A stretch of 17,350 bases of DNA from Candidatus Aenigmatarchaeota archaeon. Lineage in GTDB: Archaea; Aenigmatarchaeota; Aenigmatarchaeia; CG10238-14; SCSR01. Shown in pieces: positions 8,026-16,300 of the stretch. Numbering within the stretch: the stretch's first letter is position 1; each line of letters starts with the position of its first letter. The notes under the pieces are model-generated. The model had not been told where the DNA came from and did no database searches. It was given only the letters and a program-made list of their open reading frames with translations. A program made the position numbers and the translations under genes. Location: assembly GCA_039000165.1 (NCBI GenBank), contig JAWBTW010000016.1, positions 1 through 17,350 on the forward strand. The letters run 5' to 3'.

Positions 8026-8658
8026 ATGACAAAGAAAATATCTCTCCCAAAAATCGAATCAAAACTTTTGAAAAAGATGTGGCTATCCTGTTCAGAGGTT
8101 ACGGCAAAAGCTTTAAAGGAAATGATAAACAAGGAAGTTAAAGTTTCTTCCTCCTTTTTAAAGGTTTTACTTTTGAACGAAGTTCCAAAACTTTTAAACC
8201 CAGAAAAAATTTCAACTACAATATTCTTCATCAAGCTTAAGAACGCTGTAAATGGGGTGATTTTGCTTTCCTCTTCCCTTAAGGATATATTAAGAATGGC
8301 CGACATTTTCCTTAAAAAAGAGAAAGGTTATTTCAAGGATTTGAGCGACGAAAACTTGCCTGTTTTAAAAGAGCTTGCAAACATCCTTTCAGGATATTTT
8401 ATAAACATTCTCCAAAAATTGTTCAACACAAAGTATGTTTTATCAGAACCTTTTCTTTCTGTTAACCCTTTTAGAGCAATAGAGGAATTCGAGCTTGGTC
8501 AAGTTTATAAAGAAGAAATCTATACTCTAGTTTTTTTATCAGAGTTTGAAATTCCAGAAGAAAGAATTAAACAAAAAATTGTTTTGCTTTTCAAAAGCGA
8601 TGATATAAGAAAAATTTTGGATTTGATTAGCGAGAAAATAAAGCTAGAAATTGCCTAG
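8026..8658 (+). CDS. cheC: CheC-family (CheC/CheX/FliY) aspartyl-phosphate phosphatase-like protein
   Basis: Size (210 aa) and layout match CheC (TAKALKEMINKEVKVS...EVPKLL; NGVILL; MADIFL). The second active-site motif KELANILSGYF...SEP matches E-x2-N-x22-P. The first site is degenerate. Confidence 0.8.
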   Translation: MTKKISLPKIESKLLKKMWLSCSEVTAKALKEMINKEVKVSSSFLKVLLLNEVPKLLNPEKISTTIFFIKLKNAVNGVILLSSSLKDILRMADIFLKKEKGYFKDLSDENLPVLKELANILSGYFINILQKLFNTKYVLSEPFLSVNPFRAIEEFELGQVYKEEIYTLVFLSEFEIPEERIKQKIVLLFKSDDIRKILDLISEKIKLEIA

Positions 8659-10349
8659 GATTTTTTCTTAACTTTTTCCTTTCTTAACTTTTTGGTTACC
8701 TCTTCCTTTGCTTTAACTTCCTTTTCCTCAACTTTTGTTTCAGTTTTTTCCTCAACTTTGCTTTCTTTCTCAACTTCTTCTTTTGGAGTTTCCTTAGGAG
8801 TTTCCTCTCCAGCTTCTTCGCTTCTTTTCTCTTCAGACTTTACTTCTGGTTTTTCTTTTTCAGCAACCCTAATGATTTTTTCCACTCTTTTCCACTCTTT
8901 TTTCAAAAGCTCTTCTATTTCTTTCAACTTTTTTTCATTTATTCTCTTCACGCTTTCATACTCTTCTTTGCTTATCTTCCCTTCTCTCATCTTTTCTTCC
9001 AAAGAGCTCAAAAGCAAAAGAATATCTTCTCTATTTCTTCTCAGTTCAATTATACTTTCAGGAAGCTTAACCTGAACTATTGGCAAGACTTTGTTAATTT
9101 CTTCTATCTGCTTTTTCATAACAAGAATGTCTTCCTTAATTTCCTCCAAATCCCTTTTGCTAACATAACCTTCAAACTTAACGTTCAAAGCATCTAAAGA
9201 TTTGATTATTTCCTTCAAGCTTTCCTCAACATCTTCTTGCTTAACCTTGTAAAGAGTTAAATCTTCTAAGCCTTTACTCAAATCAACAAATATCTTCTCA
9301 GTCTTTACTCCAATTCTTTCTATATACTTGACTGCTTCGTTTATATCTTCAACTTTTTTCTGGATTTCCTTGTTAATTCTTCCTATGTTTTCTAGACTTC
9401 CAATTCCTTTCAGCATTTCATAAACTGCGTTTATCTTTGTTCCTAAATCTTCTGTTTTTCTCTCAAGTTTTTCCAGAGCAAGCTGGTGTTTATCTATTAC
9501 GCCTAAAACTTCCCTAAACTTCTTAGAAATTTCTTGTGGCTTAACCTCAGAAACTTCATCCTCTATTTTCTCAAGTTTTATTGCAGTCTCTCTTATGCTT
9601 GTGTCAGCAGTTAAAATCATGCTTCTCAGCTCGCCTATACTTTCAGATATCGTTCTTATGCTTTCATCAGTAACTCTCAAACTTTCTCTCATAGTTTCTA
9701 TCATAACTTTCAACTTCTCTATTTCAACCATAAACTGCTCTGCTTCAATTTTCTTTAAAATTTTTTCACTTGTTTCTTCCCTAACCTCCTTTATTGGAGT
9801 TTCAACAGCTTTAGGTTCTTCTGCAGGAGGAGAAACTGGAGGGGACATCGCTACTTCAAGCTTAGCTTCTTCAGCTTTAGTTTCTTCTTCACTTTTAGCT
9901 ACTTTTTGTTCTTTCTTTCTCCCAAAAATTTTGCTTAAAAACCCAAGCCTTGCCTTAGGTTCTATTGTTTCAAAAGTTTTAACTTCAATTTTCTCCTCTT
10001 TCTTTTCTTCTTTTGGAACTTCAACTTCTTTTTCAACTTCTTCAGCTTCAACCTTTTCTTCCCTTGGCTTAACTTCAGCTTTAGCTCCCATCCTCTCTAA
10101 AAATTTGTTTATCTTCTCAAGTTTTTCAAGGTATTTTAGCTTTGTTTCCAAGTAACTTTTTTCGCTTATTTCTGCCTTTCTGTACTGATCTTCCAGAAAG
10201 CCTAGCATGCTTTCAAGCTCAGCTTTTTCTTCCTGAATCTTCTCAATTTTTTCTCTTTCAAATTTTTCCTTTCTTTCAACTTTCTTTTCAGTTTTCTCCA
10301 ATTTCTTACGTTTCTCTCTTTTTACCTTTTTGATTTTTTTCTTTGCCAT
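8655..10349 (-). CDS. Highly charged coiled-coil protein (564 aa) with two SHOCT-like helical motifs and an amphipathic GFLSKIFG segment
   Basis: The protein is E/K-rich with heptad-like stretches over aa ~200-430 and no TM helix. Its ATG directly abuts the stop of the giant gene (TAA-ATG). Its stop overlaps the convergent cheC stop in CTAG at 8655-8658. Confidence 0.88.
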   Translation of the reverse strand: MAKKKIKKVKREKRKKLEKTEKKVERKEKFEREKIEKIQEEKAELESMLGFLEDQYRKAEISEKSYLETKLKYLEKLEKINKFLERMGAKAEVKPREEKVEAEEVEKEVEVPKEEKKEEKIEVKTFETIEPKARLGFLSKIFGRKKEQKVAKSEEETKAEEAKLEVAMSPPVSPPAEEPKAVETPIKEVREETSEKILKKIEAEQFMVEIEKLKVMIETMRESLRVTDESIRTISESIGELRSMILTADTSIRETAIKLEKIEDEVSEVKPQEISKKFREVLGVIDKHQLALEKLERKTEDLGTKINAVYEMLKGIGSLENIGRINKEIQKKVEDINEAVKYIERIGVKTEKIFVDLSKGLEDLTLYKVKQEDVEESLKEIIKSLDALNVKFEGYVSKRDLEEIKEDILVMKKQIEEINKVLPIVQVKLPESIIELRRNREDILLLLSSLEEKMREGKISKEEYESVKRINEKKLKEIEELLKKEWKRVEKIIRVAEKEKPEVKSEEKRSEEAGEETPKETPKEEVEKESKVEEKTETKVEEKEVKAKEEVTKKLRKEKVKKKS

Positions 10350-13300
10350 TTATCCACCCATTTTTTCTATTCTCTTTTCAACAGACTCAAGATAAGTTTC
10401 GGCCATCTTGAAAGCTGCAGTCTTAACTTTATCCTTAGCTATGTTCAGCTCAATTTCAACATCGTAAGTATCAACCTTCTTCGCCTTTAGCTTCTCAATT
10501 CTCTTCTCCAATTCTTCGATCTTCTTCGTAAGCTTCATGTAAAGGTTAAGCTCCTCATCGGTCAAAGCAAAAGGCGAATGCAACAAAGGCCTAAAGCTAA
10601 CGAACCATGGCTTACCATAATTGTACTCAGGGTTCTGTACCATTCCTGTACCAACTGTTAGCTTCGTTACTCTAGAAGCATAATCCATACCATACTTTGA
10701 CCTTACTCTTCCTATATCTCCTTCGTACTTTGTTCTTAGCTGAATCTCGTTTGCTATGTTAGCTCTTATGGCTCCCTTGAAATCTTGTAATACTTGCGAG
10801 ATTAAGAAAACTCCAATTCCCCACTTTCTAAACTCTCTGCAAGCTCTTTCTATAGCTACATATCCTCCCTTTCCTCCATACTTTGGCAACAATCTATGAA
10901 CCTCGTCATAAACAAGTAACAATTTAATTTGCTTCGATTCTGGTGGTCTCATGTCAAATATTGCCTGAATGCTTCTTCTAACAAACTTGTCTAACTGCTC
11001 AGGAGGCAGCCTATTCATAACAAAAACAGTAATCTCTCCTGGGTTCATGTACTTCTTTATGTCTATGGGCATTTCTGGGTCTTCTACAACTATTATGTTA
11101 GTTTTGAAGCTTCTTGCATCTGTTGGCTTAAGACCGAACTTTGGATAGAGGTCAAGCATTTCTTTGAACCTGCAAGGTTTCATGAATCCTGTCCATTGAG
11201 CAGTAGGATCAAAAACTATTACAGGAACTTTTCTTTTCAGTAATTCTTCAGCACAAACCATTGCAGAGACACTTTTACCTGAGCCGGTACCACCAGCTGC
11301 TATCGAATGCATTAACAACTGAGAAATATCTAAGTATGCTTTAACATCAGTTTCGGCAATTTTTCCAACTTCTATTGAGTTTGGTCCTGGTTGAGGCAGT
11401 TTCTTGAATTCTACTGGTGCAATATACCTTGCTTTTGCTGCTTTCGCTGCTCTGTAAGCGCCGTACCACTTAATTCCTATTATCAACAGAGGAACCACAA
11501 CAAAAAGAATAACATAAGTTAGCCAATGCATGAATACACTTCTGAGTATAAAGATTGGTAGAGGAAGAACTGTTACTTCAAAGCTATCTGTTGAAATAGC
11601 ATACTTTATACCGTACCAATAGCTTGCGTTAACCTCTAAGACATACCTTCCTTCTGGTGTGTCAGAAGGAATTTCCAAACTTCTCACATAAGTTTTTTCT
11701 GTCTCTACTGCAAGAGTTTCTTTTGAAGTTGTTATTATTCTATCTTCGTTTAGTGGCTTAACAGTGTAAGTTACTGTTATATCTTCAACCTTAGCAGTTG
11801 GACCCATGTTTATAAGCTTAACCTCAAAAGTAAGGTTTGTCCCTGGGTTGATTGCTTTTGAAAGTATTTTTACGCTTACATCAAGCAAAGGTTCAGGAAC
11901 TTGTTGCACAACTATGGTTACAGGAGTCCTATGAACAATATTTCCTGCAGTAACAACTAGATCTCCAGTATAAATTCCTGGTGCAATTCTTGGAGGAGCA
12001 TAAGCTCTTACAGCAGTAACTTCAGTAGATTTAGGAGCGACAGTAAACGTAGGCTTCTGAACTGTTAAAAGTTGAAAGACAGGGCCTTCTACAGTAATTC
12101 TTACATTTGTAGCTGTGTCTAAGTTGTTAGTCACGTCAATAGAAAATACTTTTTCTTCACCAGGAGTAAGAGTTGTTTCTATCAAAGTAGTTTTTACTTC
12201 CAAGGGAACTAAGGCTACAGGAGGAGCAGCAGGACCTGCTCCAGGTCCTCCTGGTCCACCAGGTCCTCCTACTATTGGTGGAATTGTAGGTGGAATGTAA
12301 ATCGGGACTTGAGGAGCAGGAGGTATTGCTGGGCAATCTATTGGGCAATTACTAGTGCTTTCTCCTGCTTCAGATTCGCATTCTCCATTCCCACAAATAA
12401 ATTCTGCAAGAATATAAACTCCTCTTATATCACTTAAGTTTACTGTAACAGTGTAATCAGTTAAGTTCACTGACTTATCTGAGTTGTCCATTTCTCTGTT
12501 AGTAATTCTCACCCAATTAGTGTTTTGGGCAGTAGAAACTTTTGGTGTCCAGTTTCCACTATACTTATAAATTCCAAGCTTGTTTGGGTCATGAATAGGA
12601 ACGTTACATAAACCTAAAACACAATCAGAAAAGTTGATTTTAAGTATAAAGTAAGCTGGTCTTAAGATAGTGTTAAGATAAACTCCTTTTACTGCTGAGC
12701 TTGTTGTCCTCACGTTAGGAACATTACCAAAAACTATTGGGTTGAAATAATCTGTAGCTATGGTCAAGTTGTACAAAAGAATTTGATGGCTGAAAGTAGG
12801 TTCAAGCAAGCTTATTTTCAAATCATAAGTTTTCATATCTATAGTTTCGTTGTAATAGCCATCGCTTGCGTTTGAGTTAAAGTCGAACCTTATTGTTTCA
12901 CTTCCTTGATCGTAAAACTTGAAGTTAACTCTTAAGGCAGGTTCAGAAATTTGCTCCAAATCCTTAGCATAGCCTGAAAATATTGCAACAGGATAGATTT
13001 CAAAAGATTTTGAAGCAGAGTTGCAATTTTTGCTTAAGTCGCAAACAAAAGCTGATATTGTGTAATTTCCTAGGCTTGAAGTGTTTGTCAAGTTATACTC
13101 AAACAGGTAATTATCCTTAATTCTTGAGATTAAAGTAAAGCTTATGTTTTGGGTTGTGTTGTCAGGGTAAGTTATTTCTCCGCTTATATTCTTGATTCCT
13201 CCGCTTTCTGTAACGTTAACCAAAACTCTAACTGTAGAGTTTGCAGGTATTCTTACAGGAGTAATTAGCTCTATTAAAGGAGCTTGAGTGTCGCGATAAA

Positions 13301-16300
13301 CTATTGAATCATTTTCTATATCACTTCTTACCAAATACCTTGTTCCATTGTAGCTTGCGGTTATGTTTAAGTTATAAACTCTTGCTTCCTCTAACTCAGG
13401 AGCTATAAACCTAACAAACCATAGCTTTTCAGTTGAGTTGTAATAAGCAGAGCTAACAAAAGCTTCTGCCTTTCTTTCATAATCAAAGATAGAAACGTTA
13501 AAGCTTACGTTTTGAGTAACAAAGCTCGAGTTTGCAGTAATGTTAACTTTTGCTAGAATTTCGCTTCCACTAACAACTCCAGTTATAGGATTAAAGCTTG
13601 TTGGACTTATTATCTTAACCTTGTAAACAGAAACAAACATGCTTACAAAAGTTTCTCTTGTCTTTTCTGTTGCGTTTTCTCTCAAACTTCCTGTTATGTT
13701 GCTTATTATCTTTCCTGTGTAGTTTTTGTCAAATTGAATGTCAGGCGAAGAATAGGTTATGTGAATTGTTTTTATTTCGTTGTAAGGCAAAACTATCCTT
13801 GTTTCGCTCAAGTTAAGATAAGGAGCTATTTCACCTGTTTTTATAAGCTCAAGCTCTATTTCTGAGTTTCCTGTGTTTATTATATCTATGCTTCCAAAGT
13901 ATCCTTTATCATCTTGTAAAACATAAGAGCTTAAAACTTTTGGGTTATGCTCCCAAGTTATGTTTACAGGAACTGTTATGAAAACAGGAAGCTCTAAGTA
14001 AAACTCAGAATCCCATCTTATTTCTATTGTTCCGTTATGAGTTCCTGCTAAGTAGTTTGGAGGAACTTCAAAGCTTACGTTAACTTGCCTTGTTTCACCA
14101 ATCGGTATTGAAGTGAAGTTTTTGGGTTTAAAGGAAACGTTAAAGTCTTGACAAACTATTCCCCTTGTGCAGTTTATTTCAACGTTTGTAACGTTTTTAT
14201 TTCCTATAGATTTTAAAGTAATGTTTACACTATCCTTTGCTCCTGGAGGAATTATTTTTGTTATGTTTTCTTCTATAACTTTAAGCTTTGGGTTTGGAGT
14301 AACGTTTACAAGAATTTGAGCAGAGCTTGAGTTATAAGTTTCGTTCAAGTTCTTCCATTCTGCTGTCAAGTTTATGTAATAGATTCCTGCTTCAGTCCCG
14401 TTTGGTATGCTTATTAAAGTTATGTTTGACTTTGATTTCCATTTCAAGATAGTTCCAAAATCAAAGAAGCTTGGTTCGCTTGAAATAAAACCAGAATCTA
14501 TGGTTAAATTAGAATCAAAAGCTCTTGAGCCGCCAGTGTTATTCAAAGTTATGTTAACAGCAAAGCTTTGTCCATACTCTATTGTTATATCGTTTGCTAA
14601 AATGTGAGTAATGTTTGGAATTATTTCTAGTCTTGTAGTTGCCGAACCCTCAACTTCTATTGGCGAAGTGCATCCTTCTAAAGAACGAGTATCGTTTGCG
14701 CATATTCTAATTAAATGAATTCCTTCTTGTAAGCTTGAATAAGTTGTGTTATAGATTGAACCAGCAAAGGAACCCATAAACTGAACAAAGCTTGAGCCGT
14801 TCGGTAAAGTAATGTTAACCCATGCTTTATCAACAGCAAAATTATCAGTAATCTTTGCTTGTATAGTAACGTTTTCAAAACCTATTTCAAAAACTCTTGG
14901 CTCAACTATTATGTCAGTTATTGTTGGCGGAACATCAGTAACGTTAAGTATTATTGTTGTTATCCTTTCAGGTGGGTTTGCAAAAGTAACGTTTCTTATA
15001 ACTATGTTTACAGTGTAAATTGCTTGATAAGCATTCCAAGGAACTGAATAGTCAACACTAACGTTTCTTGAAACTTGTTTTTCTAAGTCAAAGGCGGTTG
15101 TTCCTTTTGCTCCTGAAGGATAAGCAGTAACAAAAATACTTCCATTTCCAGACTTAAGAATCTCGAAAGGTATTTTTACGTTTCCTATGTTTGTTACGGT
15201 TATATTCCCTATGGTTCCGCTTGTGTTTAAGGGAAGTAAAACATAACCGAAGCTTTCTGGGCTTCTTATCCAAGAAGTATTTATTGGTATTGTTAAGTTG
15301 AGAAGCATTTCATCATATCCTGCATTGCTTGAGCTTGCTCTAACTTTTGTCCAGTAAATTCCTGGTGCTTGACCTGCAGGTACTGTTATCGTTATGTCTG
15401 AGACAAAACTTTCGCCTGCTGGAAGCAAGCCATAAGAGTTTGGAATTATAGATAAAACACAAAGCGGACAATCAAAAGCGAGGTTTCCTCCAACTGTGCT
15501 TATTGAAACATCTCTTACTTCATCATTTCCAGAAGCATAAGTTGTTATATTGCCAATATAAGTTGTCAAGTCGTGAGGAGTTGTTTTGTTTATGCTCTTC
15601 GGAATAACCTCTATTACAGGGTTTGAAGAAACTGTTATTGATGTTTCATTCAGTTTTTGCTCAACAGTTTTATCAGGGTTTTGCCATGTAGCTATAGTAT
15701 AAGCTCTTATTAGCTGCGGAGAAGTTTTTTCTGGAACTGTTATTTTGAAAACCCAAGAGCAGGTTTGTCCTGCATAAACTGTCCCGCACTCTTTTCTGCT
15801 TTCATTATAAGTTAGCGAACCTAAAGGATCTTCTGCATGAGTTAAGTTGACAGAATAAGCGGTTGCTGGTCCTAAGTTAGTAAAGTTAACAGAAACTTCA
15901 AAAGTAAAGCCTTGAGTTTGAGTTATGTTATAAGCTACTACGTAAGCAGGAAGTTGCTCAACCAAGCCAGAAATCTTCCCCCAAACGCTTATGTTACCAA
16001 CAAAAGTACTATTAACGTTAGATTCTGGTGGATAATCTCTTGCATAAACGCTTATGTTATACTCTCCTCCTATGGGTGGAAGGTAGCTTGCGGAATAAGT
16101 TGCTCTGAAAAATCCAAAACCTGTTTCCGGCACACTTATATTGCTCATAGGAACTATTACTATGCTTCCATTCGGCAAAGTAATGTTTGCCCAGACAGAT
16201 TCTATACCGTAATTATCAATTATTGTTGCGTTTATGTAAGTAAGATTAAGGTTTGCTTCTATGCTTGAGTTTGGAATTACAGAAAAGTTAAAGATTTTTG

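Noticed and set aside
1956..8306. Shadow ORFs 1956-2198, 2223-2504, 2395-2685, 3006-3263, 5254-5697, 6966-7151, 7739-7972, 7872-8306
   Set aside because: They are antisense to well-supported genes, mostly F/S/L/I-rich mirrors of E/K-rich codons, and carry no motifs.
7644..8658. Chemotaxis operon (cheY-cheC)
   Set aside because: No cheA, cheW, cheB, cheR, cheD or MCP is present. The receiver is generic, so cheY was not assigned.
1261..8658. Signalling cluster as a mobile element
   Set aside because: I found no integrase, transposase, tRNA or flanking direct repeats by eye. The right edge is just overlapping stop codons (CTAG).
10350..11400. Canonical HerA-NurA repair helicase or HerA-based anti-phage system (Sir2-HerA, DUF4297-HerA)
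   Set aside because: No nurA, mre11, rad50, nuclease or sirtuin partner is in the window. There is no HAS barrel, and the ATPase is fused to a TM and ectodomain.
12232..12270. Collagen-like domain or DNA tandem repeat
   Set aside because: There are only about four G-X-Y triplets with varied codons. That is too short for a triple helix, so it is treated as a linker.
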